A stretch of DNA of 64,000 nt from Raillietiella orientalis (taxonomy: Eukaryota). The translations under genes were made by a program, and so were the position numbers. Shown one piece after another: positions 12,723 to 27,500 of this stretch. The DNA is taken from assembly GCA_036172245.1 (NCBI GenBank), contig JAYWIR010000055.1:248001-312000 (forward strand), written 5' to 3'. The notes under the pieces are model-generated. The model worked only from the letters and a program-made list of their open reading frames with translations, was not told the origin of the DNA and ran no database searches. Position 1 is the first letter of the stretch. Every line of letters begins with the position of its first letter.

Positions 12723-14654
12723 GGGTGCCACGGATCTCCCCAACGACGGCGGCGGCGCGTCACTCTGGTAGCGCGCAGGTCGACGGTGTGTGCTGCGGGT
12801 GACGGGACGCGCCTGCGCAAAGCGCTCCGCTGCACGGATGGGCGGGGCCTCTGCCCCGAGGGGCGTAGGTCGTCGCCAGCGTCTCACACGTCACTGCGCC
12901 TTTCCCTCCTTCCTGCTCCTGGCTGGCCTGGAACGGCCGCGTGTCGGGTCACGGGCTGGGGGAAGAGGAGGGGGAGGAGGAAGGAAGGGAGGGAAGAGGA
13001 GGAGGAGGGGGAGAGATCGGTGCCACTCCCCCGCTTCCCAGCAGGGGAAAGGAGGAGACGCGCTCGCTTGGCAGCCGACGAGAACGACCTCCGCGCTGGA
13101 GAAGGCGGGGCGCATCGCCGGACGCAGAGTCCGCGCGCGCAGTGACCCCTGGACGGGTTCTGCCGCCGGGCGAGAGGGGGAGTCCAAGAAGAGTCGGCAG
13201 GTGGAGGATCCCTGACCATGTTGGTAGGGAGTTGGGACCGCTGCGGGAGGCGATAGGACCCATCACCCGGGCATGCCCTCCGGACCTCTCTCGTCCCGCG
13301 CGCACCTCGTGGCCGTGGGTGGCGCAGTGCGCGCACCCACGGCCACGAGCCCGCCCGCCTCGGGGGTGAGGGTTTTTCGTTTCTTCGACGGGACACAGGA
13401 GAGAGGTGCGGCCCGGCTAGCGAAGGCGCACGTGTCGGCGGGCAGCGTGCTTCGGCTTGGCCGAGCGACCAGGGGAGGGCAGAAAGGTGGCGGAGGGCCG
13501 AGTGCACTTGCGCACTTTTCTCCTGGCGACCGGGTTGCCGTGACGCGATTGAAAGATCCACCGCGTTCCTCTCGACTGGGTCGAATCGGGAGTTTGGGTG
13601 GATTCCCCCTTCCCTCCCCTCCCACACAATCCTTTCGTTTGCTCTTTCATTTTCTTCCTGTTTCATTTTTTTTTTTTTCATGTTTTCTCGCCAGAGTGCC
13701 GCCGAACTCTCCGAGAGAAAGAATTGCGCGAAACGCTCTGCTGCGCCCTCTGTTTGGAGGGAAACGAGCGCAACAATGGAACCCGCCCGGTCGCGGAGCA
13801 CAACGTCATCTCCCGCTCGTTTGTCGAACGAAAATTTTTCGAGGACGCAACTTACTGTGAAAAGGTGCTCACACGGCGGGACCACGTGGAAAGGCACTGG
13901 AGACAGGGAAGCCGGTCGAGGCGGCGAGGAGCAATGGGCCCGTCCCCTTTTCGGAGAGGGCGTCAACGCACCGGCGAGCACACGTCATGTCCCGAAATCT
14001 GCGTCACCGGAGGGGGCCGCGGAGGAGGAAGCAGACGGGCCGGGGATCAACTGATTTTGTGAGCGGATATCCGCTTCCGTGTGGGCGGAGGGGGGAAGGA
14101 CAGGACAAAAGGAACAATCCTGGGACGCAGGGTCGCTCTGACTTGGCCACACAGAGGGCCCCCGCAGGACGAGTCTGATTGGCACCGGGCCGCCGCCGCC
14201 TCGGTTGGCGGCAGGCAACTGCGAGCCAGAGCGACCCAGTCGTCTCGGGTGCCGCGAGCCGCACGACACGGGAGAGGTCTAAAGGGCTGCAGGAAATCGT
14301 CGCCGGGATGGGCGGGGAGCGTCTTCTTCTCGGTCCACTTTCCTGGCGCTTCCCGCTCGAGGTCCGCTGCTGCCCGGCGAGTTGCGACGCGCTGGAGGAA
14401 GCGGATCGCTCGTTGCGCAACGCGGGCAGCGCGCGCGCGGGTTGAATCGACGTGACGGCGGTCACGTGCGCGCACGCGCGAACCGGAGGTGCCCCGTAGG
14501 CCGACGCGAGTTCGGCATGCGACACCAACACTCTTCCAGGCGCCTCCAAGAGTGGCACTCCGGGAGGAAAGGCGTCCTTCACTCTCTGTGAGAGTTCTCC
14601 CGGTCTGCACCACGAGAGGGAGAAACTCTGTCGCGGCGATCGACCGAAGGGCGG

Positions 14655-14745
14655 AAAGGAGGAAGAGGAGGAAGGGAGGAGAAGGAAGAGGAAGGGAGGA
14701 GAAGGAGGAGGAAGGGAGGAAGCGGATGTAGTTTCTCTCTCTCTC
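14655..14745. repeat. Purine-rich (GGA/GAA)n low-complexity tract plus a short (CT)n
   Basis: Seen directly in the sequence. Confidence 0.8.
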
Positions 14746-15371
14746 GTGCGTGCGCCTGCACGAGCGCCAGAGGGGCGTCCGGTCAAGTCACGCGCGCACG
14801 TTGATGTGGTAAGCAGCAGCAACACCCACGCCGCTCGGCAGCGGTTTTTCGAACTTCAGCACCAATCCTGGATTTCAGCTGAAGAGTCACGCGGGGATCC
14901 CCCCTTTAAGGGAGGGAGGCGCGCCATCGCTGCACCTCCGCAAACGGTGCGCCCCTCTTCCTCCTCCTCCGTGCTCCCAGCCAGATGCAGACGCGTATCG
15001 AGCGAGGAGGTGAGCACAACGAACTCCGTTGACGAGGAACCAGGAAGGGAAGGGTAGGGCGGCCCTTTCTTTGGGAAATGACCGATGGACACCTTTCCGC
15101 CCCCCAACTCCAGAGGGTGGTTGCGGCAGCACAAAGCCAGGAAGAGCCCGACGGGCGCCCGAGGCAGCGGCGCAACTAGAGAGCTGTGCGCCCCCCCTTT
15201 CCCCCTTCCCTTCCTTCCCGAGAGGCATGTGGGCCGGGTCGAGTTCGCCCCCTCCTCCCTTCCTTTAGGATGGCGGTGACCTCGACCGTCCCAACAAGGT
15301 GGTCATCACAGTCGTGTATTTCGCGGGCCGTCCCGCTCTCCTGCGGGGCCGCGGGCTGCGTTCTTCCCCCC

Positions 15372-18300
15372 TCAGACGCTCTGCTCCACCTGCGTCCTGG
15401 GCATCTCTCGCGCGACCGCCTTTCTCTCGCTTTCCGGGGAGCCGAAGAGGCTTGGGCGGTCTTTGGGGGCGTGGCCCCTGCAGCATCCGAGGGTGCGGAT
15501 GCAGACGTCGAGGGGCTGTAGGCTGCGCATCCAGAGGGGTAGGAAGTCCCAGGAGCGCAGGGTGTGGGGCAGGGCCTGGGGCCTGGTCTTCTGCAGCTTG
15601 CCGATGACAAGGGCGGCGGTGAGCACTGTCGCCAGGATGGCCCCGACGGTTCCCAGGACGACTGGACCCCCGAAGGACAGGGCGAACACGCACAGGGGCA
15701 GCAGGACGAACATGACGAGGACGTAGGCTACCGGGAACCACCGGTACCGGGACGTGGTCTCCCCCAGCACCCTAGCCATCCGGATGGGGAGGCGTGACTT
15801 CGGCACCACGTAGAAAAGGAGGACGCCGGTCAGATTGAAGACGAGGTGGCAGAGGGCAACCTGCAGGGCGGGCCGGAAGTTCTCGTCCGATGAGGCGAAC
15901 GAGGCCACGATGGCCGTAGTGGTGGTGCCGATGTTGGCTCCAAGGGTCAGCGGGTAGATCCTCTCCAGGGAGATGAGGCCGATCCCGGCGAAGGGAGTGA
16001 GGATGGAGGTGAAGACCGAGCTGGACTGCACCAGGATGGTCAGCACGCATCCGGTTAGGATGACCACGTAGCCGGTCAGCCAAGGGACGTACGGAAGTTC
16101 CCCGTTCAGGACGTGCTTGATGACCCCGGCGATGTATCCTGGAAAACGGGGTGCGCTGAAGGGACGCTCGAGCAGCGGCAAGTTGCCTGGAAACGGGGAG
16201 CGGGGTGAGTGGAGAGGTATACGGACCCTTCAGCATGGACAGCAGCAGCTTGACAATGGAGAGGAGGCACAGGCACAGGCAGACCAGGGAGGCGGCCAGC
16301 AGGATCCCTCCGACGACCCTGTCGGTCATCTCCGTCCTGGCGAACAGGAAGGAGCCTAAGGGGACAGAGAGGAGGGGGTCACGGGAGAGGAGTGGGGGAG
16401 GAGAGGGCGTACAGGTCGGCGGCGCCGCGCCCTCCTCCGGCAGCGGCTGGTCGGAGCAGTTCCTCCGGATCATGGAGGTGGCGTTGGCGTGGGCGGCGAG
16501 CTCGGGCAGCCGAGCCGAGGCAGCGCCCGCGGTCCACGCGCGGATGACGTCCCTGTCGAGCTGGGCGGGAACGCGCCATTCGAGTCCCGGCCGGATCCCC
16601 GGGGCTTCCCCTCCGTACCTGCACGATGAGGTTGAGGAGGGGGTCGGTAAGAGCCTTCAGGAACTTCACGCCTCCCGCCCGGTGGCTGCGGCGATCGTCC
16701 ACGTGCGCCACGATCCACCCGGTCACCGCGCTCAGGTACCCTGGGGGAGGAGGATGACCCCTGCGGTGAGATGCCGGGGCGGATCCTCCCCCGCGCGCAA
16801 AGAGACGGAGCGATCGCGGGAGGACAGAAGGGGATGCCCTTGCGCGAGCGCGAGCGCTGCTCGCTGTTGCCATGGAGAGGTCACGCTCGTCCCGGGTCAA
16901 GGGACGCCTCGTGTCCTCGCCAGCTTCCTTGGAGGGGTCCCGATAGTCCGTCCCGTCGCGACAGATCGGGGTGCCGCGGGGCACCCGTCCACGTCGACGA
17001 CATCGGACGAGAGGGGGCGCCTCGCCCCTTGGGGGGAGGAGGACGACCACTCTTGACCCCTCCGGAGCCGGGGGCAGGAAGGGAACACCCTTCCTGCCGA
17101 AGGAAGGCGAGCGGTCTACCCGCCCGCTCGCGTTTCCTCTGGGACACCAGGGAGGGTCGCCACCCACACAGCCCCCAACGCTGGTGCGCTGACCTTTCAC
17201 CCGACCCCCGACCCCCGGCTTCCGAGGTCAAGGGTCGCGCGGACGGAGGCGCCCGTTACCTGTGCACAACTCAACCGGCAGCAGGACGAGGACGTTGAGC
17301 CAGTTGAAGACGTCGTGGATGACGGCCGCCGCGAATGCCCTCCGGAAGATGACCACATCGGCCATCTGCGTCAGCGACACCACGGAGTTGGTCACAGAGG
17401 TGCCAATATTGGCTCCCATGATGATGGGCACGGCGTCCTCCACGGTGAGGACTGAAAAGCAAATCGCGTGTGGTGAGGGCGGAGGGGTAAGGAGGGCCTG
17501 ACCCGGGAGGGGGCGATGCGCTACGGGAATCCAGGGACCCGCCACTCTTCCTCCCCCCCTGCCGCTGCGTTGCGCCGGTGAGGGAGATGCCCGCTCGGAG
17601 ACTGCCGAGCGGATAGGAGGGGGAGACAGGTCCTGCGTCCAGATTGGTGAAGTCAGCGGAGGCGGCAGGCGAAAGGTCGACTTTCCCTCCCATTCGCCTC
17701 TCCCCATGCAGCCCCCATCGTCCACGCGTAGACGCTCCGCGAAAACGGTGCCTTGCTGCCCACGGACAGCCTAAAGGCGACGCACCAGAGTCGCGGATGT
17801 CGGGCGGTCGAGGTGATGGACTTCCCGGGGACAGCAGGGAAGGGGACCCTCCCCCCCTAAAGGATGGGTGGGAAGGAAGGCAAGAGACGCTCTGAGGGAA
17901 TGGTGCGAACGGATGGAAGCCGGCGACGGTGCGCCGAGTTGCCAGGGGAGAGAAAAGAGCCGTCTGGGCGAGCTGCGCTCCGTGCCGGAGAGGGGGTGAC
18001 GACTTGCCCCGAAAGGAGTGCCGCGGCCTCCTCCAGTCGGGGGGTGGGGCGCCTCCCTATCGCTGCCGCCAGTTTCCCTACGGAAGCAGGGACGAGCGTC
18101 TCCTCCCCCCTCGAAAGTGAAGGGGAGAGGATGACCTGGTGCCGCTCGGTCCGCGGCTGACAGACCGCTTCCCCTTTCGCGGCTGGGGTCGAGGGACGCA
18201 AGGGAAGAAAGGGAGGGGGAGGAGCCCTCCGCAGAGCCACACCCACGCGGAGGAGGAGCAGCAGCTCCCGTTTCCTCCTTCCCGGCCACGGGAGCGGACG

Positions 18301-20749
18301 AGGGTCCCTCCAGGCGACGGCGGCTCACCTTTCGCGGCGACCATGCTGACCACGATGGACGTGAAGGCGGAGGAGCTCTGCAGGAGGACCGTGGACAGCA
18401 CCCCGATCATGACGCCCACAACAGGGTTCCGGAGGAGCTGCACCTCCTGGAAGATGGAGCCTGCGAAGAGGGGGGCTGCTCCGGGATCACCTAGCCCATC
18501 TGCCTACCCGTGACCCTGCCGGCCATCAGACGAAAGGCCATGCTCATAAGACCCAGGCTGCAGACGAAGCAGTACAGGAAGAAGAGCAGGCCGAGACACT
18601 GGCAGACGACGAGGGCCGCCCTCCGGGCCTTCTCCCCGCGGTTCAGCTCTGTGGAGACAGACACACAGAGTTACCCGGGGGGCAGTGCGGAGGGGGACCA
18701 CGCGCTCCTTCCCTCCCACCCCCGGGTCGCGTGGGCGCGCACGCCACCCCAGCCCTTACCACGAGGCAGTCAGCTGCGCTGCGGACGGCCTGCAGAGTCA
18801 CCCCCTGTACTGGGAGCAGCAGCGGGCGACTCCAGCCCGCCCACCACCAAAACTCCGGGACCTCCTAAGGTCCTCGCAGGAGGAGTCTGTCCGGGAGCAG
18901 AGGGGCGCGCCACTACTCGCGCGCACGCACTTGCCCCTCGGGAGGTGGCGGCGTCAGCCACCGGGGATCGGGAAGAGGAAGGGGAGGGAAGATCACGGCG
19001 GGCGGGAAACCATGACAACCCCGAAAGGCACTCGGGAACGAAGGGAAGCCGCGGGTCGTCGTCCCAGCGGCCGGAGGACGCGACGGAGATTCCTCGCGCA
19101 GCAACAGATTGAAAGGGCGTCCTGTAGACACGAGGGACCGATTGCTGCTATGATGTCACCCGCGGAGGAGAGTGAAGCATCCCTTGCAAATAAGCCCGGG
19201 GACGAGGTGCGTAAAAAGCGAGTGGAGGGGTCAGAGATCCAAGATGGAAAGGAGAGCGAGACCCCATGCAGTCGATGCCGCTTGGCCACCAAGGAAATGT
19301 CCACGCCCCAAATCACCAAGCGAGGGGGGGCCGGACTGGCTCGCCCCTGGCTCGGCGTCTCGGCAGGGTCGGACCGGTCCGAGCGGCGAAGAGGATCCGG
19401 GTTGACGGGAGGCAACTACCAAGCGGCACGCGGATAGCGTCCCTCCCCCTTGCCTGCCGCGCGCGCTGTGATGCGCGGATCGCGGACGCGCGCGCTCCCG
19501 GGTGGGTTCCCACCTCCCATCGCCAGGGCCAACCCTCTCTGGCCCTCTCGGTGGTAGCGACCGCGGCATCCGTGGGCACACCCCAGGCATCCGACTCTCC
19601 GCGACGTCTTCCCAGTGGCCACAGAAAGTGGCATCGTCTCATTGGCCAGAGGACACGACGTCGTCTCAGTGGCCCCATCAGGGTTCCTGCGACCTCCGCA
19701 ACGCGGTCGTCGGGAGCCGCCGCGAAGAAGTGCCCGCTCGTTCCGACCGGTGAGCAGCTGCAGGAAGCCGCTGTCCGCCTTCCGGCGAGCGAGCGGGCGT
19801 CCCACCCGAAGTGGCACCTGGGACGAATGGATCCCCGCGCAGGGAACGTCTCCTCTCCCTGATGCGCCCGCCGCGGAAGAGGGAGCTCCCGGCGTCAGCA
19901 GCCGAACGCGAGTCGTGTCCACGTCCGCGGCGTCCGATCGATACCTTTCGAAAGAGTTCGGTCACGTGACCGCTCCGCCGCCGCCGCCACCTTCTGTCGG
20001 GCGGACGGACGTCACGCGCGGCAGCGCGCGCGCTCTCTGGCCGCGAACTCGCGTGCTCCCCGCCGGCCCTCTCGGCCCCTGTGCGGGATGGTGGCGACTT
20101 CCCTCCCCTCCTTTCCCTCCCGGTTTTGAATGCAGTGGTGGCGCAGGTGCTGCTCGGAAAGACCGCTCGGAAAACTAGCCGCCTCTTCTCCCGGACGGAA
20201 CCCGGAGGAGAGGGAAAGGGGTTGTCAGGAAGAGGCGCGAGGACTCCTCCGCCGGTCGGAGAGACCCGGAACCCACCGGGACGCGCGCCACACCGAAATC
20301 CGCGCCAATCACCTGCAGCCAACCGCCTCTCCCTGCTCTTTGGCAGCAGAGAGGCCGCCGAGGCAAACGCAAGCCAGCTGGCCGGACCGGGTCAACAGCG
20401 AGTCTGAGAAAAAGCGGACTTACCTGACCAGTGCCACTCCCTGTCACTCAGTGGTATTTCCGGGAGGCTCCACGGGTCGTTCCGCAGGAGTTCCACGGTC
20501 GATACATTCCGGACGACGTCCCCGCATTCTAGGGAGTCCGAACTGAAGTTTGGGGGCAGGCTGTAGCCCTAGGGTTTGTGCGGAAGAAGAAGGGGGAAAA
20601 AAAAAAGACTTCATTACTTGACGTCCAAATCGCCATGAGGAAAAGGGGAGGGGCGTGCAGCAACGACCAAGGGAGGAGGATGCGAAATTCAAATTTGCCC
20701 GCGAGAGTCTCCGTCGTCGCCACCAGTGGCTCCGACACGTGCATTTCAT
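15372..20749 (-). CDS. SLC34A: Sodium-dependent phosphate cotransporter, SLC34/NaPi-II family, paralog B (~635 aa; first exon and start uncertain)
   Basis: Exons 20749-20618 (tentative), 20568-20424, 18648-18508, 18460-18329, 17451-17260, 16740-16619, 16560-16413, 16355-16227 and 16138-15372. The family N-terminal DPWSLP...WSEL is spliced across a 1775-nt intron. Two QSSS repeats, [32 protein letters not shown]. Core intron positions and phases match paralog A. Confidence 0.92.
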
Positions 20750-23700
20750 TCGTTATTAATTAGCGGGCATTTATTATTACTTTTATCATTATTAGTATTG
20801 GTATTCGTTCAGATCGTGTGAACGTCCCGGTGAGGTATGGCTGTGACTACACGCCGGTCCACTTTCAGGGCGCGCATGCGCACGTCGAGCCGCGGAAGCG
20901 GACGGCGGCGACCGGCGTTTGCACGCTGAGCGTTTCAGAAAGGAGGAAAAGGGAGAGGAAAAAGCACTCGTGACGGACGCTTCCTTGCTTCCCCCTCACC
21001 CCTTCCTCCCCCATCCCACTTACCCCTTCTCTGCCTTTCTCGGTTGCCGTCGCACGTCTGACCGCGGCTGACGGAGGAGTCTGAAGAGGCAGTCAGAGGT
21101 GGGACATGCCCCATCACCCCTTCTCCACGCGTGCAGCGCCGCTCGCCCGCATCGCTCCCTCCTTCTCTTCCCCCTCTTCTTCTTCGTCCCGTCGCTCCGC
21201 TTCCGCACGACGCTTCGGAACGGTCACGCCGCCGCCCCGACCCCCGCAGTAAACACGGAGCGTGGGTGGTGGGCGCTCTTCGTAGGGACGCCCGCGCCTC
21301 CGGGCTCCTGGGTCGGGGCAACACGCGACTCGGGGGTTGTCACGCGCACGGACCTGCCTGCTCCTTCGCGCTCATCTCCTCGAGGGAGGGCGACCGCACG
21401 GAGATGACCCCGGGTCACATCTCCCTCCTTCCCTCCTGCCGTTCCTTCCTGACGACGACTGCGTCTCTATCTACCGTTTCGTGCCCGTGCGGGAGGAGGG
21501 TGACCCCAGGACACCACCTGCATCGTCACCCGGGGGAGCACGTCGACGTCGCCAGGCGTGCTCCCCTGCTGCCCCTGCGTGCCGCGGATGCAAACAAGAG
21601 GTTCTCCGGGCTGCTAGGGACGCTGCGCAGAAGGCGCACGCGATCCGGGAGCATCGCGGGCGACCCGCGCCTCCGGGAAGGGCGAGAGTCCTTGAGCCGC
21701 GCAAGGGGAGCCTCGTCCGCGCCAGATGACCGCCGCTCTACGCAAATGAGGGGCGCCGGAGAAGGGCGTAGTTGCCTGGGGAACTCGCAGGAGGGGCAGC
21801 ATCCCCGCCCACTTGAGCTCCGACGTTCCGCTCCGAACGCGGCGGAAGAGCCCGTTGGGGTCGCGAGTGGGCGGGGATGCCGACGAGCCAGCAAGAAGGC
21901 GCCCCTCATTCGCGTGCAGCCTCCCAGTGATGGACGCCAGCAGCTCCCAGCCCCTTCCGGAGCCCCGGCGGACCTACAAAACGGAAGGCGAGCGTTTGCG
22001 TAGAGGAGGCAGGGACGGAGCCCTCGCCCCCGACCCGCCCTGCTGCTACCGCTCCTCCGCCGCCCTGTCTATCCTCCAGAGCGGCGCCGGCACGCGCTCA
22101 AGGGGCGGGAGAGCCACGGGCTGCACCACTGCCGCCGGCCACGCGCCGGGGCAGCAAGCGACCGCGTACGAGCGGCTTCCTGGTTGGCGGAGGCGGCGGA
22201 CGGCATTCCTCGGAAGGCGTCGCCCCGCTCGGACAGACGCGGCCGTCGGGGAGATCCAGTGCGCACCCTCCGCAACTGAAAGCGACCGCCTCCCCCTGCG
22301 CATCAGCGGACCCGCGAGGTGGGCAGCCCGGAAGCGCAGGGGGACTCCCTGGTCCTCGAGGGAGAACCGGAGAGATGGGGGCCGGCAAGTCCCCTCTTGC
22401 CCGCAGGGAGCTGCCGGCCCGCCCCGATGAGCGCCCATCGGCAACCAAGGAGCTGGGGGACGGACGTGCACGAGGATGCCCCCAGCGCTAGGAGTAGCTG
22501 GGAGGAGACGTGCCCGCAGGGAAAACCGAAGCCGCCTCGACGGGTGCTTCTGGGACCAAGCAGCTCTGACGCGCGGGCTCTCCCCTCGGCAGTTCTCGTG
22601 GTTGCTCCGCAACGCAGCACGCGCGTCCTCCGTCCTGCCCAGTTCTCGCGTATGCACGTTGCGGAGCGGACTCGAGGAAGGGCACCTCTCCCTCTCGGGA
22701 TGCCCGCGCAGCCGCGGTGGCTGAAGAGGTGGTGCCAAGCGGTCGACAGAGAGGGCATTCACCTCTCCCCCCCTGACTAAGTCGCAATCTGCGTGCTGCA
22801 CTTACGCCAGTAGCAACAGGAGGAAGGGAGAAGGGAGGAAGAGGTAGGGAACGGAGGAAGGGAGGGAGGAAAGGTCACTCTGCGCGAAGCGCCGGGAGGG
22901 TGTCGAAAGCCACTAGGCCTTGGGATGACCTCTTCGGTGAAGCAGCCACCGCGCTTTCCGCTTTTTGTTTCTGGACTCTTTAGTGCTCGAAGCGCCTGGA
23001 GGAGGCGGGGACAAAAAGGAAGGAAAGGAGGAAGGAAAAAATCGATAGCCGACGCCGTCGGACGCGCTCGGGGCGCATGGTCGGCCTCCAGCGTCTGCAG
23101 AAGGGCGTTCCTCCTGCTCTTTCCCGGCACGCGCTTTCCTTCGTCCGATCCCAGCAAGGAGCGGCCTTTGAACGGGGGAACGGGAGGTCACAAGTCGCGC
23201 GTTCCCTCGCAGACTCGCCTGCGGTGGTGCGCGCTGACGGATCACGCGGGATCGCAAGGAAATGACTAGGCGACAAGGCGACCTCTGCAAGGACGGCCGC
23301 TACCTGCCATCTGGGCGCGAAAGAGAGAGAAGCTGGGAACGGAAAATGCTAGCCTGTGGTGGAGGTTTGCCTCTCACGGATGATCGCCCCTCGGTTGTCC
23401 TCGAAGGAAGCACCTGAGCCGTGGGGCGCTCGGAGTAACGGCAGCAAGGGGGTCGGATGCCTGCCACTGCCCGAACCCACAGGCTTCTAGAGAAGCGATG
23501 TACTTGCATCGCCGACAGCTTGCGCAAAGACACGGCCATTGCAGGAATCCGCCGTTGTCATGGCATTTCCTCCCACGACGGGAACGCTTTTCGCCTGCCC
23601 GGGGACGAAGGAATTCGAACCGTCGGCGTGCGGAGTGAGCGACCTCGAACGGCCCGCCGAGGGGGTGCCGTCCCGTCCCCCCACCCCTCCTCTCCCATCG

Positions 23701-24369
23701 GTCTGACATGAGTCCGACATGCGGAAGGGCACTCTGTGAGCCAAAGGGCCGTCGAGTTGCCCCTGGCAAGGGGCACGGGGAGCGCCTAAGAGCGCGAGAG
23801 GCCACCAGATCGAGTCCAGCACAGGTATCCCCGGTCCAGGATGCCGAGCAGGGTGCGCATCCGCCGCCGCGATGCAGGGTCCGGGAACCTGAAGACACCG
23901 AGTCCCGGATCGCACGCGGCGGAGCCGTGGCAAGCTTAGCGAGAGGAGCCGCGACCCTTCCGCGCGCTCGCGCGGGTGAGAGGCACGTTGCCGACGGCGA
24001 CAGAGCTGCCTCCTGTCCTCCACCACCGGCAGGCCTCGTGGAGTGGATCCGAAGCGACCAAGAAGCTCCTCCCTCGTCCCCAGGGAGCCTCAGAGACCGA
24101 CGGACACCCCGTGAGCGCGCACACGGCCCTGCGAACGAGGCGAGGTCGAGCGCGCGCAGCAGGCCTCCCGCACTGCAGCGGCTACCCCAGGCGAGAGAAA
24201 CCGGAGAAGACCTGAAATAGCGCTGCGGTACGTGCGTAGCAGAGGCGCCGAGGTCTTCCCTTCCAAAATAGCAACGGTTGAGGCGGGAAGCGCTTCCCGC
24301 GCGAGGGTTCTCCGGCGGAGCGAACGCAAGTTGGGAGCAGCCGGTAGACGCCGCGGAACGGATGCGAGG

Positions 24370-24540
24370 AGTCTTCCTTTTCCTCTTCCTCCTTTTTTCT
24401 CCTCCTCGTCTTCTTCCTCTTCCTCTCTTCCTTCCCCTTTTCTCCTTCTTTTGCTCCATTCCTATCCCTCCGTGTCCTTTCCACCCTTCTTCCTTTCCTC
24501 TTCCTCCTTTTCCTCCTCTTCTTCCCTTCCTTTCTTCGCC
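24370..24540. repeat. Long pyrimidine (CCT/CTT)n low-complexity tract
   Basis: About 170 nt made almost only of C and T. Confidence 0.85.
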
Positions 24541-27500
24541 GGTGACGACGAAGAGGAAGTTCCGCGTGAATCAGACCCACTGCAGGAATGCTCCCCCCCC
24601 CTTCTCCTCCCAACGCGCAACGTGCGAAAAGACGCGTGGAAAGTCGAGGGGCGCCCGCAAGGCTGGCAACAAGAGACCGTAGCCGAGACGACACAGAAGC
24701 CAAAGAGGTGCCCGGCGACCAAGCCTCGAGACAAAGTGTCTCCGCAAGATCGATGGCGCCGATCCCCGTTCGGTCGCGCGCTGCTTCGAGCGCCGCGGTG
24801 GCCGATCTCGCGCATCCTCCCACGTAAAACTCCGCCGGGCAAAGATTTGGTAGGCTGTGCTCCTCGGCGCCAGGATCCGTCCCGGCGTCTCTCCCTCCCG
24901 AAGATCCGCAAACACTCAAGTCGCACGGCGGGAATCACGGAAATCGATCGACGATAGGCCATGCCAACCTACGTAGATCCCATTGCTGTGCCTTTTCGTC
25001 TCCGCCCCCTCCTCCCTTGCTGTGCACCACCGTGGGAACACCTTCCGTCACCATTTCATCTTCCAGAAAGGGGAAGAAAAAAAAAAAAAAAACATCTCAT
25101 CTGTGAATCAGCAGAACGTCCCAGCAACCGCGTGCCCCGAACACCTGTCACCCCCGGCCGAGGCAACGCGGAGACCTGGCTGCGGAGAAGCGAGCTATGC
25201 CCAGCGGCCAGCTGTCAAAGCGCTTCCCGGCCGCCTTCGGCTCCTCGACCTTCTGGCTTCGCATCTTCGGGAGTGCCAGACCTCCCTGCTCGCCTGACTG
25301 GCTAAGGATCTTCTGGGGAAGCGTCGCTCGCTTCTGTGACGGATCTTTCTCGACAACCTCCGACGGAGCACAGGCAACGGGGGCAGAGCATCGCAGAAAG
25401 GGCGTTTCCGTGACTGTGAGTTTGCAGGGACCACTGTGGAGAGGAGCGTTCACGCGGGATGCCGAGATGCCAGATTCACGAGCACGTCGATCTCGCGAAG
25501 AGGACCGCACGAACCGACCGATCTATGCAAGAGTGACCTCTCAACACGCTTTGGACTTTGAAGCTGACGCTGGAAATTCACCAGCCTGCAATCCGGCGCT
25601 GTCAGCGGTGTGCCCAAGCTGAGCACTACAGCAGCTTCTCTCCCTCACCCCCCCCCCCCCCCCCACTCCTCTACCGATCTCTTCCTTAGGGAACGATGCC
25701 TGACCCTTTGGCCGGCCCTGCTTGACTGAGCGCCGCGAGTGAAGCGCACCATACTGTTCGGCTTTCAGCAACACCTTGACAGTAATCCCAAAGAGTTCCT
25801 CGCGGGAAAAATTCCTGATGCCCTCAGCTAATCGGAAAATTCGTTTTCAAGTTGAATCTTCTACGTGCAAAAAGATGCTGGAGCCAAAACTCTCTCTGGT
25901 TGCACCTTTCAAAACGAATCGGCCATTCCGACAATCCCCGCCCACCCAGCCTCCCATCCCATTTCAGGATTCAAGGCAACCTTCGCCATCATGCTTTTTC
26001 CCTGGAACGCCCACCGATCAAACCCCATCACTACCTCTGACCACTGGAGGCGATTCCATAAAATTGCTGGACCACCCCACGCACTGCTCTTCCATGGCAA
26101 CTTCTGATTGCTTCTGCTCAGCAGAAGTGTTGAAAACGGCAAGGGAAAAGTGAACAAGTCGAATGCCCGAGAAGAAGTTTGCAAGATCGCTCGCGCGTGC
26201 TGGAGAAAACACGGGAAACTATACGTAGCTAAGAACCCCCATCTAAGAACGCATTTAAATTGCTGGGATTGAGTGGTCCACTACCACAGCGGATCCACGA
26301 AGTGAGATGCAACGGGTAGGCACTTTCTCCAGAGGGGCATTGAAAATCCGGGAGACAACTATTGTAAACACTGTAGCAGCAGTGTTTCGATTGCAAATCA
26401 CAGCAAAGTTTGCAGATGCAGCTGAAAGGAAGGTAAACAGAGGAGAACCGCAAACGGCGCCCACGGTAAGCCTTCGTCGAGATGGCAGCCGTCGCCAAGC
26501 TCAACGCAAGCTGCATCGTACGGAAATGAAGATTTTCATCAACTGGTGTCTGACGAAGTGTACCGTTTAAAAACTTTCGAACGCACACCTCTCCAAAAGC
26601 GTCATCGAAAAACACGTAGCACTCTCTCTTTGGAATATAGAGGGCATCTGCAGAGCACGGAAAATGTGGCTACCCTACCGGGTACGGAAGAAGAAGAAGA
26701 CAGGTTTGATTGCATAATGTTCGATGCAAATGAACGTCTGAGCGCATAAACAAAAGCTCAGAGAATAACAAATCTGCACGTGCAAGCAGTCTGCTTACCT
26801 TTCTACTGTTCTTCCTCATGGATTGGTGATAGCGAATAATTGGTGACAATTCCGATGGAGCTGAATAGTAAGACGGCTATGTGCTAAGAAACAAAGTCCT
26901 CATTTTCGATGCGATGCCACAAACTTGGTAACACTGCAAGCTCCATACGCAGTAATGCCGGTCCTGCAATCGGGTTGAAAGCGTGAGCACCGTTTCAATC
27001 AGCAAATCATTCGCTTTGCAAACGACGAGGAATAAATCCCACCGACTTCCGGGATTACATCTGGAATGTTATAAATAAGCGACAAGTACCGCGTTGCTAT
27101 CGGGAAAGATGAAAGCGAAACGCAGCTCGAAAATATTCCCACCATCGTAATTATATTAGCGGAGGCACGAAGACTTCGGGACTTCGCAGCTCCTATAAAA
27201 ACGCACTTTTCGTGAATGCTATCGATTCGTGTCCTCATTGCAAATCAATGGAAGGACATATCCTTCAGACTCTGCATCGGTTTGCAGGGAAAAAAAAAAA
27301 AGGAAACATTTACTACAAATGTAGTAAACGTAAGCTGTTCTCATGGAATTCCATACTGCGATTAAGAGACTCACGAGGGAGCGCATTTCATTAGTCAGAT
27401 GAAAAATGCTTTCGGAAAATGCATTTTCTCATACGAACCGACGTCTCCATCATCATCGTCATTATCTTCTCTTATGAACGGGACAGAAACCTGGGCGTGC

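Noticed and set aside
18759..19020. Apparent SLC34-B exon ending at a GTAAGG donor
   Set aside because: The required frame has a TGA, and exon 20568-20424 supplies the conserved DPW..WSEL instead.
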